Shown: positions 9,809 to 18,526 of the stretch, one piece after another
How the letters are laid out: each line of letters starts with the position of its first letter
Numbering within the stretch: the first letter of the stretch is position 1
NCBI GenBank assembly: GCA_001771575.1
Contig: MEUD01000001.1
Location: 1,575,470 to 1,639,469 of the forward strand
Source: a candidate division WOR-1 bacterium RIFOXYB2_FULL_45_9
GTDB taxonomy: Bacteria > Margulisbacteria > WOR-1 > O2-12-FULL-45-9 > XYB2-FULL-48-7
Reading direction: 5' to 3'
DNA: 64,000 nt
Notes under the pieces: model-generated
The model's database searches: none
What the model was told of the DNA's origin: nothing
Seen by the model: only the letters and a program-made list of their open reading frames with translations
Made by a program: the position numbers and the translations under genes

Positions 9809-10732
9809 ATGAAACTCGTGCGGCTCGGGGAATTTGGCTTGATCGACCATCTCACGAAACACCTCTCAAAGGGGAAGGCGATTGTTGGGGTTGGGGATGA
9901 CGCGGCTGTTGTTCGACTAACAACTAACAACAAACAACTAACGACTAAATTATTATTAATTACCACTGATGCTCTCGTTCAAGATGTTCACTTCACCGTT
10001 AAAAATACCTCTTTTGCCGATCTTGGCTACAAAGCTTTAGCCGCCAATGTTTCGGATATCGCCGCGATGGGAGGAACTCCGACTGCCGCTGTTATTACAT
10101 TGGCTCTCCCCCCAAGATTAGCGGTTAACAAGCTTGATGATCTTTACCGGGGGCTGAACCGACTGGCCAAAAAACTCAAGATCGACATTGTTGGCGGGGA
10201 CACTGTCGCTTCGCCAAAAGCCATCATGATCTCGATCACCCTTCTCGGCGAGGTCTCGCCCAAAAATCTCATCCTTCGTTCTACCGCCAAAATCGGCGAC
10301 CTGATTTGTGTCACCGGAGCCTTTGGCCTGCCGGCCGCCAGGAAGTTTTCCGCTTCGGTCTTGCCGCCGATCCGGCTCAAAGAGGCGGCGGCACTCACCG
10401 GGCGGAAGCTGGCGTCCGCCATGATCGACAGCTCCGACGGGCTGGTCCGGTCGATTGTTGAACTGACCAAAGCAAGCGGGGTTGGCGCCCGTCTCTGGGA
10501 AGAGAGGGTCCCGATCGCGCCGGGGGCGACCATCGCGCAGGCGCTCTATGGCGGGGAAGAATACGAGCTGATTTTTACCGTGCCGAAAGCCAGGATAAAG
10601 TCGCTTAAAAAATTAAAGTTCGGGATCTCGGTCGTTGGCGAGATCGCCGATCGCGGCGCGGGGGTAAAATTAGTCGATAGGCGTGGTAAAATTATGGAAA
10701 GTCAATCGAAGGGGTTTGAGCATTTCAAATGA
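9809..10732 (+). CDS. thiL: thiamine-monophosphate kinase ThiL
   Basis: AIR-synthase-related fold hallmarks: GDDAAVV, DALVQDVHF, ANVSDIAAMGGTP, VGGDTVASP. Confidence 0.85.
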   Translation: MKLVRLGEFGLIDHLTKHLSKGKAIVGVGDDAAVVRLTTNNKQLTTKLLLITTDALVQDVHFTVKNTSFADLGYKALAANVSDIAAMGGTPTAAVITLALPPRLAVNKLDDLYRGLNRLAKKLKIDIVGGDTVASPKAIMISITLLGEVSPKNLILRSTAKIGDLICVTGAFGLPAARKFSASVLPPIRLKEAAALTGRKLASAMIDSSDGLVRSIVELTKASGVGARLWEERVPIAPGATIAQALYGGEEYELIFTVPKARIKSLKKLKFGISVVGEIADRGAGVKLVDRRGKIMESQSKGFEHFK

Positions 10733-11841
10733 TCGATCAACGCCGTTTGGTTAAAACTTTTAAACAGCTGGTTACAATCGATAGCCTTTCTCTAAAGGAA
10801 GGGGCGATAATGCGCTTCCTCAAGAAAGAGCTGGCCGGTCTGGGCTGGCGCGCGGCTTTTACCGGACGCCCGGCAGGTGGGGAGGTCGGCAGTTTGGTCT
10901 TTCTTGTCCCCGGCTTCAAGAGCAAGGGCCCCCGTCTTTTGCTCAACGCCCACGTCGACACGGTGGTCCCGGGCAAAGGGATTAAGCCGATCGAGAAAGG
11001 GGGATACATTACTTCCGACGGTTCGACCATTCTGGGGGCCGATAACAAAGCCGGGGTCGCGGTGATCCTGGAGATCCTGCGGATTATAAAAGAAAAAAAA
11101 CTTTCCCATCCTCCTTTGCAGGTCCTTTTTACGGTGGCGGAAGAGATCGGGCTGGTCGGCGCCGCCGCTCTTCCTCCTTCGGCCGTTAAGGCCGACTTTG
11201 GCCTGGTCTTAGACGGCGGCGAGATCGACAAGGTCGTTTGCCGCGCGCCGAACCAATATAATTTTGTCGCCCGGGTTTACGGCCGGGCGGCCCATGCCGG
11301 GATCCATCCGGAAGAGGGGATCAACGCGATCAAGGCGGCCAGCGCCGCCATCGCTAAAATGAAGCTCGGCCGGATCGACCAGGAGACGACCGCGAACATC
11401 GGCATGATCCATGGCGGAGTGGCGACCAATATCATTCCCGACGAAGTGGAGATCAGGGGAGAAGCGAGAAGCCACCGGCTGGCAAAAGTAAAAAAACAGA
11501 TCGGCCAGATGGAAAAGACCCTGCAAAACGAGTGCCGGCGCCACGGAGCGGTCTGCAAGATCAGGTTCGCCAGGATCTATGAGTCGTTCAATATCGCCGA
11601 GACAAGCCCGCTCATGGAAAAGGCGATCGCCGGAATGAAAGCGTCCGGGATCCGTCCCAAGATCGCTGGGACCGGTGGCGGATCCGACGCCAATATTTTC
11701 AACGCTTTGGGGGTCCCGTCTTTGATCATTGGGGTGGGGGCGGACAATGTCCACACCACCAAAGAGCGCCTCGCCGTCCGCGACCTGGTCCGGGGGGCGG
11801 AAATAGTTCTAAGCATAATAAAGGAGTTTAACCGTGACTAA
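10729..11841 (+). CDS. M20-family metallopeptidase (PepT-like)
   Basis: NAHVDTV, GADNKAGVAVILE and VAEEIGLVGA are the M20 metal-binding and catalytic blocks. Start overlaps the thiL stop (ATGA). Confidence 0.8.
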   Translation: MIDQRRLVKTFKQLVTIDSLSLKEGAIMRFLKKELAGLGWRAAFTGRPAGGEVGSLVFLVPGFKSKGPRLLLNAHVDTVVPGKGIKPIEKGGYITSDGSTILGADNKAGVAVILEILRIIKEKKLSHPPLQVLFTVAEEIGLVGAAALPPSAVKADFGLVLDGGEIDKVVCRAPNQYNFVARVYGRAAHAGIHPEEGINAIKAASAAIAKMKLGRIDQETTANIGMIHGGVATNIIPDEVEIRGEARSHRLAKVKKQIGQMEKTLQNECRRHGAVCKIRFARIYESFNIAETSPLMEKAIAGMKASGIRPKIAGTGGGSDANIFNALGVPSLIIGVGADNVHTTKERLAVRDLVRGAEIVLSIIKEFNRD

Positions 11842-12382
11842 CTTGAATGAAGAACTGATCGCTTCAAAAAAGATGTTTGATGGCCGCTTATTGAAGCTCC
11901 GCGTCGACACCGTCCGGCTCCCTTCAGGCAAAGAAGCGACCAGAGAGGTCGTGGAGCATCCCGGAGCGGTGGCGATCATCGCGATCACCGACGACCAGGA
12001 ACTGGTCCTGGTCCGCCAGTACCGGCGAGCGGCGGGAGAAGTCCTGCTTGAAATCCCAGCCGGGACCCTTGGCCCGGGAGAAGAGGGGGTGGCGGCCGCC
12101 AAGAGAGAGCTGGAGGAAGAGACCGGCTACCGGGCGAAAAAAATGACCAAAGTCTTTTCCGGATTCGTCGCCCCGGGTTATTCGAGCGAAGCGATCCAAT
12201 TCTTTCTGGCGAAGGAGATGACCGAAACCCGCCAGCAAACCGAGGAGGATGAGTTTATCGAGGTCGATCTGGTCGACGTCGAAGCTTGCCTTGACCTGGT
12301 CAAGCAGGGAAAGATCAAGGACAACAAAACGATCATCGGCATTATGATCGCCGACCTGGCGCTCAAAGGCGAGTTAGCTTGA
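11834..12382 (+). CDS. NUDIX hydrolase (ADP-ribose pyrophosphatase-like)
   Basis: Nudix box GTLGPGEEGVAAAKRELEEETG (Gx5Ex7REuxEExGu). Confidence 0.85.
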   Translation: MTNLNEELIASKKMFDGRLLKLRVDTVRLPSGKEATREVVEHPGAVAIIAITDDQELVLVRQYRRAAGEVLLEIPAGTLGPGEEGVAAAKRELEEETGYRAKKMTKVFSGFVAPGYSSEAIQFFLAKEMTETRQQTEEDEFIEVDLVDVEACLDLVKQGKIKDNKTIIGIMIADLALKGELA

Positions 12383-13251
12383 ACGAGTTTATTCAGGACT
12401 TCCTTAGCTTTATTCAGGTCGAGCGCGGGTATTCAAAAAACACCGTCGTGTCGTATAAGCTTGATCTGGAACAGTTTGCCGCTTTCGCCGGAGCGGATTT
12501 TCCAAAAGTGGAGCGGCAGGTCGTGCAGGATTATTTGCGGCATTTAAGCGAGGAGAGCTTTTCCCGGACCTCGATCGAAAGAAAGCTGGCCACTTTGAAA
12601 TCGTTTTTTCATTACATGGTCGGAGAGGGGAGCGCGGCGGCCGACCCGACGTCGGATTTTAAATTGCCGAAAAAAGCCAAACGCCTGCCGAAGGCCTTGA
12701 GTATCGGCGATACCCTGAAGCTGATCACCTCGCCGCGGGGAAACGACCCATGGTCCCTGCGCGACTCGGCGATCCTCGAGCTCCTCTACGCTACCGGGAT
12801 GAGGGCTTCGGAGCTGACGGCTCTTAACCTGGACGACATCAATTTGGAGGTCTCGTTCATCCGCTGTTTGGGAAAAGGGTCAAAGGAGCGGGTCGTACCG
12901 GTCGGCAAAGCGGCCTTGAAAGCGATTCGGGACTACCTGGAAAAAGGGCGGGTTAATTTCCCGCAAAAGGACAAAGTCGCCTTTTTTCTGGACAAGAACG
13001 GAGAACGCCTGACCAGGCAGGGATTGTGGATGATCATTAAAAAGCACGTAAAAAAGCAAGGTTTGCGAGGGAAGACTTCCCCTCATACTTTGCGCCATTC
13101 CTTTGCCACTCATTTGCTGGAAAAAGGGGCCGACCTCCGCTCCGTCCAGGAGATGCTTGGCCATTCCGATATCTCGACGACCCAGATCTATACTTCGGTC
13201 TCCCGCGAACGCTTGAAAAAAATGTACAACCAGGCCCACCCGCGGGCTTAA
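12379..13251 (+). CDS. tyrosine site-specific recombinase XerC/XerD type
   Basis: Phage-integrase-family C-terminus HTLRHSFATHLLEKGADLRSVQEMLGHSDISTTQIYT with the catalytic Tyr. N-terminal core-binding domain. Confidence 0.9.
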   Translation: MNEFIQDFLSFIQVERGYSKNTVVSYKLDLEQFAAFAGADFPKVERQVVQDYLRHLSEESFSRTSIERKLATLKSFFHYMVGEGSAAADPTSDFKLPKKAKRLPKALSIGDTLKLITSPRGNDPWSLRDSAILELLYATGMRASELTALNLDDINLEVSFIRCLGKGSKERVVPVGKAALKAIRDYLEKGRVNFPQKDKVAFFLDKNGERLTRQGLWMIIKKHVKKQGLRGKTSPHTLRHSFATHLLEKGADLRSVQEMLGHSDISTTQIYTSVSRERLKKMYNQAHPRA

Positions 13252-13264
13252 AAGGAGTGGAAAA

Positions 13265-13846
13265 ATGTACGACCTGGGTTTTTTTCTGATCGCCCTGCCG
13301 ATCCTTTTGGTGACGATAACGATCCATGAGTTTGCCCATGCCTTTGTTGCCGACAAACTGGGCGATCCGACGCCGCGCTTGGCCGGACGGTTGACCCTTA
13401 ATCCTTTAAGTCATCTTGACCCGTTTGGTTTTCTCGCCCTTCTGCTGGTCCGTTTCGGCTGGGCCAAACCGGTCCCGATCAACCCTTACAATTTTCGCGA
13501 CCCTAAAATGGGGAGCCTGCTGGTCAGCCTGGCCGGCCCGCTTTCTAATTTTATCTTTGCCTGGGTCCTGGCGGTAATATTGCGCAATCTGCCGCTCGCC
13601 AATGAAACGGCGGCGATGATGATCAGCTACGCGATCTGGATCAACCTGGCGCTGGCGGTCTTCAACCTGATCCCGGTCCCGCCGCTCGATGGTTCGCACA
13701 TCCTCGAATACTTTCTTCCCCCCCATCAGTACGAGGTGATGGTCCGGCTTCAGCAATATAGTTTCATGATCCTGGTCGGGATCATCTTGTTCGGCTCGCC
13801 GGTTTTGATCGCGATCATCCAGTTTATTTATGGATTGCTGGTCTAA
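13265..13846 (+). CDS. site-2 protease family (M50) zinc metalloprotease
   Basis: HEFAHAF (HExxH) in a TM segment plus the LIPVPPLDGSHIL second motif. Polytopic hydrophobic profile. Confidence 0.8.
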   Translation: MYDLGFFLIALPILLVTITIHEFAHAFVADKLGDPTPRLAGRLTLNPLSHLDPFGFLALLLVRFGWAKPVPINPYNFRDPKMGSLLVSLAGPLSNFIFAWVLAVILRNLPLANETAAMMISYAIWINLALAVFNLIPVPPLDGSHILEYFLPPHQYEVMVRLQQYSFMILVGIILFGSPVLIAIIQFIYGLLV

Positions 13847-13847
13847 G

Positions 13848-13899
13848 CCCCCTCTGTCCCTCGCGGACTCGGGACATCTCCCCCTTATTAAGGGGGAGA
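13848..13899. repeat. left terminal inverted repeat of the DUF559 element (contains palindrome TCTCCCCCTT-ATT-AAGGGGGAGA)
   Basis: See mobile element above. Direct reading of both ends. Confidence 0.65.
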
Positions 13900-13900
13900 A

Positions 13901-13909
13901 TGATATAAT
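13901..13909 (+). promoter_or_regulatory. extended -10 element TGATATAAT just inside the left TIR of the DUF559 element
   Basis: TGnTATAAT at 13901-13909, about 47 nt upstream of the DUF559 start. Confidence 0.4.
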
Positions 13910-13956
13910 CATGCCAATAGACCAATAAAGGATCTTGGGGTTGGAGGGTGTGGGGT

Positions 13957-14379
13957 ATGACAAAGTTTTACAATCGTTTTTCGGATCGATTAAAAAGGAA
14001 GATTCTTCGGAAATATATGACCGAAGCCGAACGAGTGTTGTGGCAGGAAATCAGGAAGAATAAACTTAATTGCCGATTTAGACGTCAGTATAGTATTAAA
14101 GGTTTTGTTCTTGATTTTTATTCTCCTCAAATTAAATTAGCGATTGAAATTGATGGTGATATCCATTCCAGCAAAGAGCATAAGGATTATGATGCGGATA
14201 GAGAACAGCCGATAAGTAATTTTGGGATTAAATTTCTTAGGTTTAGCAACGATGATGTTTTTTTGAGACTCAATAGAGTGATCGTATTAATTAATGAAAA
14301 AATAGTTCAATCTCCCCCTTGCCAAGGGGGAGATGTCCGCCAGAGGCGGACAGAGGGGGTCGTAGGCGCTCATGCGTAA
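13957..14379 (+). CDS. DUF559 domain protein (Vsr-like / PD-(D/E)xK endonuclease fold)
   Basis: AT-rich ORF. GGAGGG RBS 8 nt before ATG 13957. Typical DUF559 core: RQYSIKGFVLDFY…LAIEIDGDIHS…DADREQ…GIKFLRFSNDDV. The last about 20 codons (QSPPCQGGDVRQRRTEGVVGAHA) are translated from the GC-rich right TIR, and the stop overlaps the folC start. The native C-terminus was probably near …LINEKIV. Confidence 0.7.
   Translation: MTKFYNRFSDRLKRKILRKYMTEAERVLWQEIRKNKLNCRFRRQYSIKGFVLDFYSPQIKLAIEIDGDIHSSKEHKDYDADREQPISNFGIKFLRFSNDDVFLRLNRVIVLINEKIVQSPPCQGGDVRQRRTEGVVGAHA
14311..14359. repeat. right terminal inverted repeat of the DUF559 element (contains palindrome TCTCCCCCTT-GCC-AAGGGGGAGA)
   Basis: Reverse complement matches the left TIR. 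It lies inside the 3' read-through tail of the DUF559 ORF. Confidence 0.65.
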
Positions 14380-15535
14380 AAGTGTTGCCGTCGAAAAATA
14401 CCTCTCATCTCTTGAAAAATTCGGGGTGAATCTTGGCCTGGAGAGGATCGCCGCTTTGCTCGGCAAACTCGGCAATCCTCAATTAAAGGTCCAGACGATC
14501 CACGTCGCCGGGACCAACGGCAAAGGGTCGACCTGCGCGATGATCGCGGCGATCCTGAAAGAAGCGGGTTACAAGGTCGGCCTCTACACTTCTCCCCATC
14601 TTATCAGCTACAATGAACGTTTTAAGATCAACGATCGGGAGATCAGCGGACCCGACCTGGCCGCCGGGATAAAAACAGTCCGGTTGGCGGCGGATAAATT
14701 AGCGGACAAACCGACCGTTTTTGAGGTCTTGACCGCCGTCGCCTTCTGGTATTTTGCCAAAGAAAAAGTCGATTACGCGGTGATCGAGGTCGGGATGGGG
14801 GGGCGGCTTGACGCGACCAACGTCATTAGCCCGCTGGTCTCGGTGATCACCAATGTCGAGCTGGAACATACCACCGTCCTTGGCCGGACGCTGGCCAAGA
14901 TCGCGGTGGAAAAAGGGGGGATCATCAAACCCGGAGTGCCGGTCGTGACGGCGGAAAAAAAGGCCGACGTCCTGACAGTCCTGGCGCATCAGGCGGGCAG
15001 GGAACAGAGCCTGCTGGTCCAGATCGGTACCGTGGGAAAAGGGTTTGAGACAAATCTGGTCGGCGCGCATCAAAAGGCCAACGCCGCCTGTGCGGTGGCC
15101 GCGGTCCGTTTGGCCGGGATCGTTGCCGACAAGAAAGCGATCATTGCCGGGCTGAAAAAGGTCAGGTGGCCGGCCCGTTTTCAGGTAATCAAAAAGAGGC
15201 CGCTGACGATCATCGACGGCGCCCATAACCCGTCCGGGATCATGACTTTAGTCGACACGCTTGGGAGCGAATTCCCGGGCCGGAAATTTGTTTTTATTTT
15301 CGGCGCTCAACAGGATAAAGAGACCGGGCCGATGCTCGACTCGCTCCGTCCGCTGGCCGAGGAAATAATCATCACCCGATCGTCACACCAGGATTCTTCA
15401 GCGACGATCTCCGAAGAAAAAGCGCGCCCGCTCCGCGCCGTTTTGCGCCAAACGTCCGGCCGCGACCGGGTGATCTGCGGTTCCCTGTTTTTAGCCGGTG
15501 ATACTTTGAAAATATTGACCAATAAACGCGATTAG
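14372..15535 (+). CDS. folC: folylpolyglutamate synthase / dihydrofolate synthase FolC (Mur ligase family)
   Basis: P-loop HVAGTNGKGST and Mur-ligase blocks (TSPHL, VIEVGMGGRLDATNV, DGAHNP). Confidence 0.85.
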   Translation: MRKSVAVEKYLSSLEKFGVNLGLERIAALLGKLGNPQLKVQTIHVAGTNGKGSTCAMIAAILKEAGYKVGLYTSPHLISYNERFKINDREISGPDLAAGIKTVRLAADKLADKPTVFEVLTAVAFWYFAKEKVDYAVIEVGMGGRLDATNVISPLVSVITNVELEHTTVLGRTLAKIAVEKGGIIKPGVPVVTAEKKADVLTVLAHQAGREQSLLVQIGTVGKGFETNLVGAHQKANAACAVAAVRLAGIVADKKAIIAGLKKVRWPARFQVIKKRPLTIIDGAHNPSGIMTLVDTLGSEFPGRKFVFIFGAQQDKETGPMLDSLRPLAEEIIITRSSHQDSSATISEEKARPLRAVLRQTSGRDRVICGSLFLAGDTLKILTNKRD

Positions 15536-15582
15536 TTCAGGGTTGACGCTGGGTAGGGGGAGTAGTAGAATAACGCAGGGCA

Positions 15583-16167
15583 ATGGAATATTTAAATTTT
15601 CCGGAAAAGGACCAGAATGCGGCCTCCTCTGCCGACGAGGGACCAAGAGTTCAACTGCCTAAGCAAAACCGTTTTTCGGGTTGGCTGAAAAGCTTTTTTG
15701 TTTTTGTGGTTTTGATCGCGGTTATCGCCGGTAGTTTTCTGATCAGTTTTCAATTGGGAAAAAAGGTCCTTTTTTCCGTTAAGAAACCGGATCGGGAAAA
15801 GAAGGCGATGCTTCTGGAGTCCCCGCCGTCATACGAGGCGCTGGTAAAACTGGAAAAAGCCCTCCGCTCCGGGAGCAAAAAGAAGCCGGCGATAGCGAAG
15901 AAAACGGTCAAACGGTCCAGGCGGGTTTATTCTCGTTCAGCGCGGAGCGGAACTTACTACAAGGTGCAGATCGGCCCATATAGCTCTTTGGCGACGGCGA
16001 AATATCATTTGGGGCTGGTCAAGAACAGAGGGTTTGCCGCCTTTTTGAAGAAGTACGGCTCCAAATGGAAGATCCAGGCCGGAGCATACAAGAGCCTGAA
16101 AACGGCAAGGGTTCAGCAAAGCAAACTGTTGAGAAAAGAATTTAAATCAAAGATTATCATCGAATAA
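15583..16167 (+). CDS. SPOR domain-containing membrane protein
   Basis: N-terminal TM anchor and a Lys-rich linker. The C-terminal YYKVQIGPYSSLATAKYHL…GFAAFL…WKIQAGAYKSLKTA matches the SPOR peptidoglycan-binding repeat. It sits directly upstream of mreBCD-mrdA. Confidence 0.7.
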   Translation: MEYLNFPEKDQNAASSADEGPRVQLPKQNRFSGWLKSFFVFVVLIAVIAGSFLISFQLGKKVLFSVKKPDREKKAMLLESPPSYEALVKLEKALRSGSKKKPAIAKKTVKRSRRVYSRSARSGTYYKVQIGPYSSLATAKYHLGLVKNRGFAAFLKKYGSKWKIQAGAYKSLKTARVQQSKLLRKEFKSKIIIE

Positions 16168-16188
16168 CCGAGAGGGAGGACGGGGAAA

Positions 16189-17232
16189 ATGTCGGTATAT
16201 GATATGGTGTTTGGAAAGTTTTCACGGGACCTGGGGATCGACTTGGGGACGGCGACCACTCTGGTTTTTGCCCGCGGTGAAGGGATCATTCTTTGCGAAC
16301 CATCCGTTGTCGCGATCAACAAGGACAACAACAAGCCGCTCGCTTTCGGCAACGAAGCCAAAGGGATGCTTGGCCGCACCCCGGCCAACATTGTCGCGGT
16401 CCGGCCGATGCGCGACGGCGTGATCGCCGATTTTGAGATCACCGAGATGATGCTCCGCCACTTCATCAATAAGAGCCACCAGCGCTCCGCTTTTGTCCGT
16501 CCGCGCATTGTCGTCGGGGTCCCGTCGGGGATTACCGGCGTGGAAAAAAGGGCGGTCCTGGACGCCGCGATGCACGCCGGCGCCCGCGAAGCCTACCTCG
16601 TTGAAGAACCGATGGCGGCGGCGATCGGCGCCAACCTGCCGGTCTCGGAAGCCCAGGGAAGCATGATCGTCGATATCGGCGGCGGCACGACCGAAGTCGC
16701 CGTTCTCGCCCTTGGCGGGATTGTTGTTTCCAAGTCGATCCGGGTAGCGGGGGACGAAATGGACGAAGCGATCGTATCGCACTGCCGCAAGAACTACAAC
16801 TTATTGATCGGCGAGCGGACCGCGGAACAGATCAAGATTGATATCGGCTCCGCGTACCCTTTGCCGGAAGAAAAAACGATCGAAGTTCGCGGCCGCGACC
16901 TGGTGACCGGCCTTCCCAAAACGCTGACCCTGACCTCTTCGGAGATCCGCGACGCGCTGGCGGAGCCGGTCTCAATGGTCGTTGACGCGGTCCGAATGAC
17001 CCTGGAAAAGACCCCGCCGGAATTGTCCGCCGACATTATGGACCGGGGGATCGTCATGGCCGGGGGGGGCTCGCTCCTTAGAGGACTGGATAAATATTTA
17101 GCCCAGGAAACCGAAATGCCGGTTTACGTCGTCGATGATCCGATCTCCTGCGTCGCTTACGGGACCGGGAAGATCCTGGAAGAAATCGATACGTTGAAAA
17201 AGGTCCTGATCATGCCCAAGAGTAATCAGTGA
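16189..17232 (+). CDS. mreB: rod shape-determining protein MreB
   Basis: Actin-fold signatures [30 protein letters not shown]. Length 347 aa. Confidence 0.95.
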   Translation: MSVYDMVFGKFSRDLGIDLGTATTLVFARGEGIILCEPSVVAINKDNNKPLAFGNEAKGMLGRTPANIVAVRPMRDGVIADFEITEMMLRHFINKSHQRSAFVRPRIVVGVPSGITGVEKRAVLDAAMHAGAREAYLVEEPMAAAIGANLPVSEAQGSMIVDIGGGTTEVAVLALGGIVVSKSIRVAGDEMDEAIVSHCRKNYNLLIGERTAEQIKIDIGSAYPLPEEKTIEVRGRDLVTGLPKTLTLTSSEIRDALAEPVSMVVDAVRMTLEKTPPELSADIMDRGIVMAGGGSLLRGLDKYLAQETEMPVYVVDDPISCVAYGTGKILEEIDTLKKVLIMPKSNQ

Positions 17233-18047
17233 AGCCATACCGTGGCACTAGAAGAAAGAATTCATATCGTCCAGCGGTAATAATTGTTCTGCTGGCGCTG
17301 GTCCTCTCTTACTTTACGATCAATAATTCGTTCGGCATCAGACTGGTCTTTACTTCAGTATTTTATCCATTTCAGGCCGCCGGCCAGTATATCGTCAAAG
17401 GGGTGGTCGGCATTCCGACCGGGATCATTTCCTTGCGCGGTCTTTCACTGGAGAACAAGGAATTAAAAACCAGGCTTTTAACCTCGTCCGCCAAGCTCGC
17501 TTTGTTTGAAGAGCTGGTCAACGAAAATGTCCGGCTCCGTCAGGCGCTCGATTTCCAGGGATCAAACCGCTACCGCTTCAAACTGGTCGCTGCCCAGGTG
17601 GTAGCGAGGGGAGCTTCTCCTTATACCTCTTTGATGGAGGTCAATCAGGGGGTCCTCTCGGGGGTTAAGGCCGATATGCCGGTCATTGTCGATGGGGGGT
17701 TGGTTGGGCGGGTCGTCGAGGTCTCTTTGTTCAGCTCCAAGGTCCTGCCGATCACCGACCTTAAGAGCTCGGTGGCGGCTGTCGATCAGCAGAACCGGGA
17801 ATTTGGCGTTATTGAAGGGTTTGCCAGTCAGCATCTCCTGGCCATGAAGTACGTCAGTTCCGTAGCGGACATCCAGGTCGGCGATCCGATCGTGACCTCG
17901 CCCGCCTCCAAGATCTTTCCGCCGGGGATCCCGATCGGCACGGTTGTTCAGGTCAAAAAGAAGGATGACGACCTGTTTTTTGACGTGAAGATCAGGCCGG
18001 CGGTCAATTTTTCCAAGCTGGAAGAAGTTTTCCTGATCATCCAGTAA
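17229..18047 (+). CDS. mreC: rod shape-determining protein MreC
   Basis: Position after mreB. N-terminal TM, then a coiled-coil segment, then a beta-rich domain (GIPIGTV…). Confidence 0.85.
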   Translation: MKPYRGTRRKNSYRPAVIIVLLALVLSYFTINNSFGIRLVFTSVFYPFQAAGQYIVKGVVGIPTGIISLRGLSLENKELKTRLLTSSAKLALFEELVNENVRLRQALDFQGSNRYRFKLVAAQVVARGASPYTSLMEVNQGVLSGVKADMPVIVDGGLVGRVVEVSLFSSKVLPITDLKSSVAAVDQQNREFGVIEGFASQHLLAMKYVSSVADIQVGDPIVTSPASKIFPPGIPIGTVVQVKKKDDDLFFDVKIRPAVNFSKLEEVFLIIQ

Positions 18048-18052
18048 CCTTT

Positions 18053-18526
18053 ATGCGGACATTCAAATTAGCATTATTTTTATTGGCCCTGCTTTTCGCG
18101 CAAACGGTACTTCTGCCGTTCCTGACCTTCTTTGGGGCGATGCCCGATCTTTTTTTGGTCGCGGTCATTGTATACGCTGTCATGGTGGATCGGGGGGGAT
18201 CGACTATTTTCGCGGCCGGGGCCGGCTTCCTGCAGGACCTTTTTTCTTCCGGCATCTACGTGAACACCCTGGCTAAAGTGCTGGTCAATACCTTTGTCGG
18301 CGCGATCGGCAATGAAGTGGTTGGGGATGTCCGCTCTTTTGCCGCCAGCATGGTGGCGATCATCACCCCTCTGTATTTGATCGTCGAGGGATTGGTCGTC
18401 TATTTCTGGCAGGGGAACCATTTTTCGGTCTATTATTATCTGCTGGTCGTTCTTCTGACCACTATTTATAATCTGGTTTTTGTTCCGGTCGTCTACCATG
18501 TTTTGAAAAACATCGTCCATGAATAA
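18053..18526 (+). CDS. mreD: rod shape-determining protein MreD
   Basis: 157-aa polytopic membrane protein between mreC and the PBP2 gene. Confidence 0.7.
   Translation: MRTFKLALFLLALLFAQTVLLPFLTFFGAMPDLFLVAVIVYAVMVDRGGSTIFAAGAGFLQDLFSSGIYVNTLAKVLVNTFVGAIGNEVVGDVRSFAASMVAIITPLYLIVEGLVVYFWQGNHFSVYYYLLVVLLTTIYNLVFVPVVYHVLKNIVHE

Larger units (their letters stand above)
13848..14359. mobile_element. 512-bp element with about 50-bp imperfect terminal inverted repeats carrying a DUF559 gene (MITE-like / selfish cassette)
   Basis: Left end 13848-13899 (CCCCCTCTGTCCCTCGCGGACTCGGGACATCTCCCCCTTATTAAGGGGGAGA). The reverse complement of the right end 14311-14359 reads CCCCCTCTGTCCGCCTCTGGCGGACATCTCCCCCTTGGCAAGGGGGAGA. 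The outer 12 nt and inner 27 nt are identical. The interior is AT-rich in a GC-rich neighbourhood. It begins 2 nt after the M50 stop and ends 12 nt before the folC ATG. Confidence 0.6.

Noticed and set aside
16222-16782. 186-aa minus-strand ORF inside mreB
   Set aside because: Antisense to a near-certain MreB gene. Arg/Asp/Gly-rich shadow ORF.
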